From Phaeosaccion multiseriatum (taxonomy: Eukaryota; Protista; Ochrophyta, other classes), in contig OZ218960.1 of NCBI GenBank assembly GCA_965112735.1, forward strand, positions 1,798,001 to 1,862,000: a DNA stretch of 64,000 nucleotides. Reading direction: 5' to 3'. Made by a program: the position numbers and the translations under genes. Under the pieces are notes generated by a model. That model was not told the origin of the DNA, ran no database searches, and worked only from the letters and a program-made list of their open reading frames with translations. Below are positions 51,271 through 61,272 of this stretch, one piece after another (the stretch's first letter is position 1; each line of letters starts with the position of its first letter).

Positions 51271-51433
51271 GAGGGGGGGGGGAAGAGATAACTTTGCGAA
51301 ACGCGGCAAAAAGAAGGGGGCAGAGGAGTACGCTTTTACGGAGTTCGACCCCAACAAGAAGCTTCGCCGACAGGGCAAGAAGGGGTCTAACTCCTTCAAA
51401 TCGAAGCAGAAATTCAAGAGGAGGAAGAAATAA
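44151..51433 (+). CDS. DRS1: DEAD-box RNA helicase DRS1/DDX27 (60S ribosome biogenesis)
   Basis: Acidic N-terminus; [80 protein letters not shown]; basic C-terminus [13 protein letters not shown]. About 15 exons. Confidence 0.93.
45860..46090 (+). repeat. Intronic minisatellite, unit about 17 bp (GTGGT[N]nACAGCGA)
   Basis: tagtggtacagcgaatggtgctacagcgagtggtgtgacagcgggtggtgtgacagcgagtggttctacagcga... starting right after the donor at 45864. Confidence 0.85.
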
Positions 51434-52079
51434 ACGATACGGAGGGGGGGGGGATGGCAGTGGATGCGACGAAAGAGGAGGATGACGGGGGGGGGGGGAG
51501 GAGATGGGGGAAGAGGAGGAGATGGAAGGAGAGGAGGAGGAGGAGGAGGAGGAGGAGGAGGAGGAGGAGGAGGAGGAGGAGGAGGAGGAGGAGGAGGAGG
51601 AGGAGGAGGGGGAGGAGGAGGAGGAGGAAGAGGAGGGCAGGGAGGGGGGAGGAGGAGGGCAGGAAGGGGGGAGGAGAAGGGCGGGGGGGCAAGCGATAGA
51701 CCCAAGTAGGCTCCTTCTCTGCTATTGTTATGCGCTGTGACTCACATCATCCATCGCAAGATGGAAACTTAAGTAACGCAATATACGGGAGATGATGATA
51801 TGACGGCGTGCGGTTTGAGTGATTGTCTACGGTGAAGGCCACGCCACCATGCGGACCGATCAACAGCTGGTGGGAGCAGTGTCATGGCATGCCCTCTCCC
51901 TACGTCATCCTTGATTGGCCTCGAACAGAAGATCACGGTAAAGCCAGTTCAGCACGTGCTCCTGAAAGCCCAACAAAACGGACTGCCTGTGGTATGGAAT
52001 GAAGGTTTGTCGATTAGTGTTAAGGAGCTTCGGAGGGTGGGACGGGCCTGCCATGCTCCCCACTCTGACACTCTCCGAC

Positions 52080-52949
52080 TCAAAGATACAGGCCCCACAT
52101 GTAGTCGCGCTCGTCTTCCGGCCTCTCGCCCTCGCTATTACCCAAGCCATCTCTACTGCTACTACTACTGCTGCTGCTGCTGCTAGTGCTGCTACTTGTA
52201 TGAGCGCCATCCCTGCTCTCTCGAGCAGCGTGGATGTGAACGGGATCGCTGCTGTTTCGAACCCTAAAGTTGTACACCTTCAGGTTTTCAACCGCACCCC
52301 CTCCTCCTTTCGGCCGCCAGCTCCCGACTCTGTGGCACCTCCCCATTTGCTGGATGGCGGCTAAAGGGGACTCGTTGTGCGCGAACATGTCCCTCGCCTC
52401 GGAGATGAAGTGAAGCATACCCCGAAGAACGTCGGAGGTCAAAGGCCTTCCATCGAGTCCGCGACCGGTGACAAACACCCGTCCTTGGAGTTGTTTGAAC
52501 GGCGAGCGTCCGGTCTGCGTTGTCCCCAGGGCGATGGCTGCGGCGTTGATGGTTCCGCCATCCCCAATCGCTCCAGCGCCGCAGACTCTGTTGGTCCGCG
52601 CGCTGCAGAACATCTCCAGGGTGAACCCGAGCAACTTTCCGATAGGGAGGCGGTCCAAAATTATGACGCTGTTATGCAGGCTGATGCTCACGAAGGTCAA
52701 TGCCTCTGCCTTGGTTGTAAAGACATGGTTGATTTGCTGCCCACCCAGCAGCTCTTCTCCTGGGGACACTTCAATCATTATTTCTTCCGGTGTGTGTTGC
52801 ACATACTCGCACACGATTTGGTGCCTCTCCTTTTCTCTTCCATATAGGCCGCAGCTCCCTTTGCAGTAGTGGGTTTCCTTACACCCGCCGCAGCGGTAGG
52901 TACCAGGCCTGCCGCAGATCTCACAGAGCCTCGCGATGTAATCAGCCAT
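52080..52949 (-). CDS. MYND-type zinc-finger protein, intronless
   Basis: CEICGRPGTYRCGGCKETHYCKGSC..RHQIVC at the N-terminus, followed by an unassigned globular domain. Confidence 0.75.
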   Translation of the reverse strand: MADYIARLCEICGRPGTYRCGGCKETHYCKGSCGLYGREKERHQIVCEYVQHTPEEIMIEVSPGEELLGGQQINHVFTTKAEALTFVSISLHNSVIILDRLPIGKLLGFTLEMFCSARTNRVCGAGAIGDGGTINAAAIALGTTQTGRSPFKQLQGRVFVTGRGLDGRPLTSDVLRGMLHFISEARDMFAHNESPLAAIQQMGRCHRVGSWRPKGGGGAVENLKVYNFRVRNSSDPVHIHAARESRDGAHTSSSTSSSSSSSSSSRDGLGNSEGERPEDERDYMWGLYL

Positions 52950-53048
52950 GACGAAAGACGGTGGTAAAGTGATTTAAGTTTTCAGTTTTCAGTTTTAGTC
53001 ATATCAACTGAACTCTTCACGTCGGCCCCTGACGGGATTCTGATTCTG

Positions 53049-53610
53049 ATGGCCTCTCTGCAGGGCGGATTCCGGATTCTGGGCCGATTTACGGCCCAGG
53101 ATGTGTGCACCCGCTGCAACACGCGCGCCGACTCCTCCCACGCCATTCAGTGCCCCGACCACGACCAACCAGGCCACGACTTACCACACCGGGATATGCT
53201 CTCCTCCATCGAGGGCATGTGTAAGCAGAACTTCATCACCCGCGTGGGACACGAGAGAGAGCTCGGAGTACTTCCTCCCCCCACACAAATATTGTCGACC
53301 CCTGACACACTTATCGCCCACTTTCTCGATAGCGCACTAGCGGCCGATAGCGGATAGTGCGCCGGCTGGCGCCGGCGATTGCGGATTGCGCGGCGGCTGG
53401 CGCCGGCCGATAGCGGATAGCGCACCGGCTGGCGCCGGCGATAGTGGATAGCGGATAGCGTGTCAGGGGTCGATCAAATATCGCCAGGACCTTCCGCATG
53501 CACGCCACCCTCCCCCGGGGCGCCCTCTCCGGAGCCCGCGACCCAACCTATGCCCACCTGGCGCATATGCTGGACCTTAACCTGAATATTCTCCACACGG
53601 ACACCAGACC
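53049..53610 (+). mobile_element. Degenerate fragment of an RLE-type (CRE/R2-like) non-LTR retrotransposon: CCHC knuckle plus restriction-like endonuclease
   Basis: CTRCNTRADSSHAIQC..HRDMLSSIEGMC, then across frameshifts and the insertion ESSEYF..HKYRQDL..LPRGALSGARDPTY..MLDLN. Matches the CCHC / RH / E / RxD / D order of RLE domains. Confidence 0.6.
53293..53474. mobile_element. 182-bp MITE-like insertion with terminal inverted repeats and a target-site duplication
   Basis: Perfect 14-bp IR TCGACCCCTGACAC (53295-53308) / GTGTCAGGGGTCGA (53460-53473). Flanking direct repeat CAAATAT (53286-53292 and 53475-53481). Internal about-31-bp tandem units GATAGCGGATAGCGCACCGGCTGGCGCCGGC. Confidence 0.8.
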
Positions 53611-53781
53611 GGGAGCGGCAGCAGCCAACAGCGAGACCCGCAAGGAGGGGGAGAAGGAGGAAGAGAAAAGGGTGAAAAGGGAAAAGGGGGAAAAAAAGAA
53701 AAAAAAGAAACATAAGTCAATAAAATTGTCGCCCGCCGCCCCAAAATCCCATCTCCCCTCTCTTCTTCCCCGTCTTGCCAC

Positions 53782-56447
53782 ATGGCTGCAAGTTCGCTAT
53801 TGAGAGCTTCAAATTGGAAGGGCCCGCTGGTGAGCAAGTTGGCTGAGGGAGAGGGGAGAGCCCGGGAAAATGCTCAGCTTCTGGTCTCCAAGTCTTTTTT
53901 TTCTTTCTCTAATTCGTCCTTGATCAGATAGTGAGCAATGTCTACGTGTCAGAGGGGCGAAACGCCCTCCTCCTCGATGATCTGACCCGGCTGGCCACAG
54001 GACGACCAGCGGCAGTAGAACCGAGGGGTACGTACCAGAAGCACCTCACACCCCACACTTGATGCCTCTTCTCACCTCTCTAGCCTGCCTCTCTCCCACC
54101 CTGTGTGGACGCTTTTGTGGCTTGTCGTCTGTGTTGTAGCAACAGCAGCGGTGGGTGATACAGCAGCATTGCGTGGGTCTAGCACAAGTACAGCGACAGG
54201 ACATCCCGAGGGGGGCGCGACATTGATCCGCAGCTTCAGGGATGCCGTGTACAATCGCACCAGCTTCTCCATCGCAGGCTCTCCCAGGTTTGTCATGCAC
54301 CTTCTAGTGCCATCTCTAGGTGTGCAGGCCAACCCGCTTTCAGTCTCTTACACGTCCCACCTCCCTTCCCGCGGCGGCCAACCTTTCCTATCCCCCCCCC
54401 CCCCTCCCCCTCCCCCCCCCCCGCCTCCTCCCTCTGTCCCTCCTCTTTCCCTCCCTCCCTCCCTCCCTCCCTCCCTCCCTCCCTCCCTCCCTCCCTCCCT
54501 CCCTCCCTCCCTCCCTCCCTCCCTCCCTCCCTCCCTCCCTCCCTCCCTCCCTCCCTCCCTCCCTCCCTCCCTCCTTCCAATGCTGGTACAGTGCTGTGGC
54601 AGAGGGGGTGCTTGCTGTGAGTGAGGCCGCTCTCCGCGCCATAGACATTCGTACTCACTCCGCCTCCCACCCTCGGCTTGGTAGTGTGGACCACGTGTCT
54701 GTGCACCCCCTGGGAGCCACACCTATGGCCGCCGCCGGTCAAGCAGGTTGGTGGTTCGGTCACATATGGCGCAGGGGTCAGCGGATTGTATGGTCAGTCA
54801 GTTAGGCAGTCAGTCAGTCAGTCAGTCAGTCAGTCTGTCAGTCAGTGAGTCAGGCAGTCAGTCAGTGAGTCAGTGAGTCAGTGAATCTCTGAGTCAGTCG
54901 GGTAGACAGTGAGTCCGTCAGTCAGTCAGGCAGGCAGTCAGGCAGTCAGTGAGTCAGTAAATCTGTAAGCCAGTGAGTCAGCAGTCCATCAGTCAATCAG
55001 TCAGTAGACACCTCCCGTGTAGCGATACACGGCGTGACCTCTCTTGCACTCACTCGCAGTCCCCGTGCCTTTCTGTCCCCTCTACTCCCTCCCTGCCTGC
55101 CTGTGCCCATACGCCTGCCTGCCTGCCCATGTGCCTGCCAATATACCATATGCCTGGCCTTGGCCCTGGCCTTGACGCAAGCAGCCCACCAAGTCGGCCT
55201 CGCCTTTGGGGAGGAGCTTGGAGTCCCCGTGCTGCTCTACGGGGAGGCGTCAAGGGATGGGAGGAGGCTCGCGGATGTAAGTATGAAGCAAGGCCTACCG
55301 AATGCACATGCACAGACGCACGCACATGCACGAACAAGTATGTACACGCAGGCGCACACGTATACACATAATGTACACACCCCAAGACACAGCCAAGTGA
55401 CTGAATTAAGAGTTGCTTGCTTGCTCCTTTGTTTGTTTCGCGTCCAAAGGTGCGAAGGAAGGCCAAATACTTTCAGAACCGGCCCGAAATAGTAACTTCA
55501 CTACCCGAGACCGACTACGGCCCCACTCGGGTCCCTGCCGCCCTGGGTCTGGCCACCATCGGTGCCGTGCCCTACATGAACAACGTGAACGTTCGTCTCA
55601 AGACGCGGTGCAACGACACGGCTTCGAGAGTAACCAAGGCCGTAAGGGAGAGGGATGGAGGCCTGCCGTGGGTGGAGGCCTTGACGCTGTTGCACGAGGA
55701 TGGGAACTACGAGGTACGGAGAGGGGAGGGAGGGAGGGAAGGAGGAAAAGGGAAGGAAGGAATGAATGAACGAGTGTGTGAGTGGTTGCGTGACAGAGCG
55801 CGTGAGTGAGTGAGTGAGTGAGTGAGTGAGTGAGGGAGGGAGGGAGTGAATGATTCGGTGAGTAAGTGAGTGAGTGAGTGAGTGAGTGAGTGAATGAGTA
55901 ATTGAGTGATTGGGTAAGTGAGATTGAGAGTGGGTGAGTGAGTGATTGCGTGATTGCAATTGTTGTGTGTTATGCGTGCCCATGTATACTGTGTGTTTTG
56001 TGTGAATATGTGTCTCTACGTGGGTGGGTATGTGTGTATAATGTTTGTGTGCGCGTGTGTCGCTGTCGCTCTCGGGGGGTCACAAGGCAAGTAAACAGGG
56101 GCAGGGCAGCTCAGAGATTGAAAGGGGGTGGACAGTCGTGTTGTGGATAGTGATTTACTGGGGCGGCAGGACCCACACCCACCGACACATCAACCCACAC
56201 CCACCCACCTACCCGCCCTTCAACATGCGAACAACCAACACGTGAACAACAGGTGGCATGTAACCTCCTCCGCACGCACGAGACGACAGCCCAGATGGTG
56301 GAGGAGAGAGCGCGTGAGGCGGCGGCCTTGGAGGGTGTGGAGGTGCTTGAAGCCTATGTGATCGGTCTGTCGGAGGAGCAAGCCGTTACCAAGGCCCTGA
56401 GTTGCCTCGGATGTCTCGAGCCGCCTGCTGTCGCTGTTTGTGACTGA
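53782..56447 (+). CDS. Glutamate formiminotransferase (FTCD transferase domain only, plant-type)
   Basis: Spliced MAASSLLRASNWKGPL|IVSNVYVSEGRN, FRDAVYNRTSFSIAG, AIDIRTHSASHPRLGSVDHVSVHPL, VPVLLYG..GRRLADVRR, DYGP, IGAVPYMNNVNV, VRERDGGLPWVEAL, EVACNLL. Confidence 0.92.
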
Positions 56448-56509
56448 GTGATTTGTGCAGTGACTGAGCGGAGTGAGCTGTACAGCAGTGCCGATTGGGG
56501 CTGATACAC

Positions 56510-56820
56510 TGCCCAAGTGACCGACTGACTGATTGACCGACCGACCGACTGACCGATCGATTGACCGCTTGACTGATCGATCGACGGACCGATTGACCGA
56601 TTGACTAGTCGATCGACCGACCGACTGACCGATTGACTAATCGATCGACCGACCGATTGACCGGTTGACTGATCGATCGACCGACTGATGGACCGTCCAA
56701 CCAACCGACCAACTGCCCGTCGCACCGTCCGATGGACCACCGACCAACGGATTGACTGACCCAGTGACCGGCCGTCCGACCAATCGAACGACCGACTGAC
56801 TGACCGCTTGACCGACCGAG
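56510..56820. repeat. Degenerate (GACC/GACT/GATC)n tetranucleotide tract
   Basis: Visible tract downstream of the formiminotransferase stop codon. Confidence 0.85.
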
Positions 56821-57558
56821 GAGGGAGGGAGGGAGGGTAAAGGAGGGAAGGGTGTCCCGCTTCGATTCATCTCTTTGGGGCTGCGCAACTCGAGCGGAGG
56901 CCCAAGCAAAGCAAGTAGAGCAAGCACCCAAGCAATAAGGAAAGGAAGCAGCGCAAACAGAACGGAACGGAGCGGGGCGGGTCCATGCAAGTCTCCCTCC
57001 CTCTCGTGTTTGGGGTAAGTCCCTCTCCCTGCCCTGTCTGGGGTCGACGCCTCTCCTCTCGAGGCCTCTCTCGTCCATCGGGTCGAGAGACCGCGGACTG
57101 GTGGCGGAGTGGGGAGACGCCTTCGTCTCGCTACGTATAACCGCCTTTGCTTTGCTATTACGTACGCAGCAGATGAGCGAGCCAGCGACAACAGAAAAAA
57201 AAACTTTTTTTTTTTTTTTTTTTTTAATTTTAAATAATCCTACTGAAGTACTTCGAAGTATGAATTAACGAGTCCCATTGCCTACAGAATCGTGCGCTTT
57301 TGTTCTCTTCTCAATCAATAATTTATGCTCCTCCTCCTCCTCCTCCTCCTCCTCCTCCTCCTCCTCCTCCTCCTCCTCCTCCTCCTCCTCCTCCTCCTCC
57401 TCCTCCTCCTCCTCCTCCTCCTCCTCCTCCTCCTCCTCGCCCTCGCCCCCTCCTCCTCCTCCTCCTCCTCCTCCTCCTCCTCCTCCTCCTCCTCCTCCTC
57501 CTCCTCCTCCTCCTCCTCCTCCTCCTCGCCCTCTCCCCCTCCTCCTCCTGCCTCGCTT

Positions 57559-58139
57559 TCACGCGCAAGGAATAGCCGCCACCCCCCCCTTCCCCGCCTT
57601 CCCCTCCTCCCTGTCCCCTGCTCCACCCCCCTCCTCCCCCTCGTCCCCCTCGTCCTCCTCCTTGCACTCAGGCAACTCGATGCCCAAAAGCGATTGCCAC
57701 TTTTCCTCCTCCTCCTCTCCTCCTCCTCCTCCTCCTCTAGCCGCGGGGGAGACTGCCGGCGAAACTGCGGGAAGTGAGACAGAAGAAGATGATGCTTCGC
57801 CTCGCTCTTCTTCCTCCTCCTCCTTCGAGCGGCGGGAGTCCTCCGATCCTCCGTTGTCGATGGCTGCCATCGATGCCCCCCCTGCTCCGACAGATGCTGC
57901 CCGGTAGTGGTGGCCGTTGGTGTGGCCGTTGGTGTGGCCGCTGTGGCCGTTGAGGTTGTCGCGACCGTTGTGGGGGTCGTTACCGTGGTTGTGGTCTTGC
58001 TCGTGGGGTTGCTTCATGGCCGCGGAAACCACCTTAATGAAGCAAGGGAGGATTCAATCAACGATTCCAATCGACAACAATAAAAATCCGCCATCATAAC
58101 CGACCCAAAACCTCCAGCCTAAGCAGCAAGCAAGCAAGG

Positions 58140-58174
<35 letters not shown>

Positions 58175-59146
58175 GACGCACGCATATACACACCTGGAGA
58201 AGCTCGGAGGCCCAAGCTTCCAGCTGCTCCTCCTGCTGCCGCTGATGCTGCTGCTGGTGCTGCTGCAGCTCCTGCGGCGGGAGGGGCTTGTGCCGCTTGG
58301 CCTGGCTCTGCTGAAGGTCTCCGAGCTGGCGTAGCGAGTTTTGCACCTCCTCCAGGCTCAAGTTGGGCTGCAAGAGGGGGGCGGCAGTCGACGAGGTGAA
58401 GTGGTGGTCCTGTCGCTTGAGATCCGCCGTTGCCCTCAAGAGGTCCTTCAGATCGGCCGAGACGGACAGAGAGTTGATGGAAGCGTTGAGCCGACGCCTG
58501 CGCTCCTCCGCTTCCTGCTGTTGCTGCTGCGGCTGGTGGTGAAAGTGCCCTTGGCCGGGAGGAGTCGATCCGAAGCCACGAGCAGCCCCGGCTCTGTCCC
58601 CACTGTAACTCAGGAGGTCGGAAAGGTGGAAGTCGTTCTGACCTCCTCCACCGCCACCGGAAAGGGAGGAGGAAGAAGAAAAGGTGGTGCCTGCGCTCGT
58701 CGCCCAGTCATGAGAAGAAGAAGGAGTGAGGTGGTGCTGGTGCTGGCGCTGCTGCTCCTGCTGCTCCTGCTGCTCCTGCTGCTGCAAGAAGCGGATCTGA
58801 GCACGCGCACTGTCCTCTGAGCAGAGAGCGGAGAGGGTTGAGAGGTTCGAGCCCGGAGAGGGCGAGGCAGATAAGAGCCCCGCCGAGGGCCCACCAACAC
58901 CGTTGGGAGAGGGCGCGAAGAAGGCCTGAGGCATGTGGGCAGGAGAAGGGGGCTGATCTGCGCCGCCCCCGCCCTCCCCCGCCCATCCTCTCCCCATACC
59001 TCTTCCTCCTCCCAAAGGAGGGGAGAGGGAAAGCCCGAAGCCAAGTCCGGTGCCACGGCCACGGCTGCCACAATGGTCCCCGCTGCTGCCGGAAGAAGAA
59101 GAGGCTGGAGCAAGGGCCATGCCGTTGTCGTCGTTATTGTTGTTGA

Positions 59147-59180
<34 letters not shown>

Positions 59181-59182
59181 GC

Positions 59183-59213
<31 letters not shown>

Positions 59214-59433
59214 GCTGTTGTTGTTGTTGTTGTTTTTGTTGTTGCTGTTGTTATGGTTGCGGTTGTTATAGTGCTCTCCCTCCTCGGTGTTGGAGTTCTT
59301 GTCTTCGTACGCATCCTCTGCCTCCTCCTCCGCCTCCTCCTCCTCGTAGGCCTCCTCTTCGTCACCACCATCCTCATCATACATATCCTCTGCGTAGTTC
59401 TGGTGCACACCGGCCGTGGTACGGAGCGATCGA

Positions 59434-59475
<42 letters not shown>

Positions 59476-59922
59476 TGCACCACCAACTGCTGCTGCTGCT
59501 GTCGCTGCCGCTGCTGCTGCCTTCTCGTGGTGGAGCTCGAGCTCGAGCGTCCCCCTCCTGCTGCGGCGGCTGTCTTGCCCTTATTTCTGTAACGCCGCCT
59601 GCGAAGCACTTGCGTCAGCAGCTCGGGGCGTCCCTCCTGGAAGAAGGGGTGCAGCACCGCCTCCCCCACCTTCTTGAAGCCGTACAGGTTCAGTTGGCGG
59701 TGGAACGATGCGTACTTGCCCCCTGCTTGTGTGCGTGCGTGCGTGCGTGCGTGCGTGGGTAAAGAGGATACAGCCCCGCCCACCCTTGCACCCATATGTC
59801 TCTGCCTGCCTGCCCATACGCCTGTCCCTGCTCACCTTCGGGGGTGCCCTCGAAGTACTTGGGCATGATCTTCTCCAGAGCGGACACGTCGTTCACGCGG
59901 ATGCCCTTCCCATCGGGAGTCC

Positions 59923-59953
<31 letters not shown>

Positions 59954-60884
59954 ATTGTGTTGTGTTGTGTGTGTATGTGTGTTGTGTGTGTTGTGTGTGT
60001 GTGTGTTGTGTGTGCCCGTTGGTATCACATGTTAGTAGAGGGGCATTGGGAAGCAAGTTGCCACGCCGCTCTCTCTGAGAAGCGACGATCCCGCATCTTT
60101 TATGACGCCTCTCTCTATCCCCTTTCTAACCGCCCCCGGCCTCTCTCCCTCTCTGTCTTCTCTCTTCCTCTCTCTTCTTCTCTCTCTTCTCTCTCTCTTC
60201 TCTCTCTCTTCTCTTCCTCTCTCCCTCCCCCTCTCCCTCTCCCTCTCTCTCTCTTCCTCTCTTCTTCTCTCCTCACCACGAGATGATGCTGTCGGGCTCT
60301 CTCAGCAGGATCTGGTAGAGCTTCCACGCAAAGCGTTGGGGACACCCCCGCTTCCCGTAAACGATCTGAAAGCAGCAGTGGGTAGAGCAGCAGCAGCAGC
60401 AGCAGGAAGGTTAAGGAGGAATCGAAGGGGGAAACACATAAAAAGTGCGACAAGTCACCTCCCTTACCCCAGGTGCTGTATCCGGAGGAACGAGCTTCCT
60501 ATGGCTTTGGCCGGGGGCCTTGGCGGAGGCCCCGTCTTGGGAGGCCGGATCTGTGTTGCGGGCCATGTCGGTCTTGGTAGCAGCAACGGCGGCGGAAGCG
60601 GCGGCGGCGGCGGCGGCGGCGGTGGCCATTGTCCTTGACGGCCCCCTTGAAGAAGAGGACAATGAGGGCGACAATGGCCCGACCGGGGTGATGTAGCCCG
60701 CTGAGGAAGAGGACGAAGAAGACACCCCTCCCTCCCCGTAGGCACCGCTGCTCCCGCTGCTCCCGCTGCCGCCGCCAATACCGGGAAGCGCGGAGCGTCG
60801 AGGTGTAGTCCTCCGCCCGCTGCTGGCTCTGGCGGCGGCGGTGGCGGTGGCGGTGGCGCCGCTGCTGCTCATGACAGTGTCCAT
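57559..60884 (-). CDS. Heat-shock transcription factor (HSF-type DNA-binding domain) with poly-N/Q tail
   Basis: Spliced DBD: CPQRFAWKLYQILLREPDSIISW|TPDGKGIRVNDVSALEKIMPKYF..|GGKYASFHRQLNLYGFKKVGEAVLHPFFQEGRPELLTQVLRR. Confidence 0.9.
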
Positions 60885-61272
60885 GCGAGCCGAGGCCGCG
60901 CGAGGAAGGTTCCTCCCTTTCGGAGGTGTGCTGTGTGGTTGCTGCTGCGTCAGCTGCTCCTATACGGCGTCACGGTGTCTCTTCCGTGCGAAGGGGTGCA
61001 GACGGGCTCGCTCAAGGCAGAGTATACTGCTGGCTGCCCTTCCTCCTCCGTACCTCGTCCGACAGTGGTTGGGGCCCTGCTGTTAGGGAACAACCCCTCG
61101 CAAGGCCTTCAAAGTTGGGGATCGGCCCTATTGTGGAGAGCAACCGAGGGTGTTGCGGGTCGATCCCCGCAAAGGGTTCGAGTCAGATCACAGTAAGTCA
61201 ATGAGTCACGAATTTTTTTGAGGGAGATCAGCGGGGTGGTCCGATAAGGGGTGAGGGAACGGAGCACATGGT

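Larger units (their letters stand above)
5638..59489. repeat. Dispersed short motif CAGTTGGTGATACAG / CTGTATCACCAACTG (about 25 copies including variants)
   Basis: Exact 15-mers at 6582, 9765, 16959, 18403, 24859, 25562, 29823. The 12-bp core TGTATCACCAAC also occurs at 6242, 6970, 8045, 9178, 22742, 22925. Further variants are listed under findings. Confidence 0.92.

Noticed and set aside
57195-57230. A9-C-T-run as an intrinsic terminator or retroelement tail
   Set aside because: Eukaryotic context, no GC hairpin and no TSD seen; most simply an AT-rich tract between convergent 3' ends.
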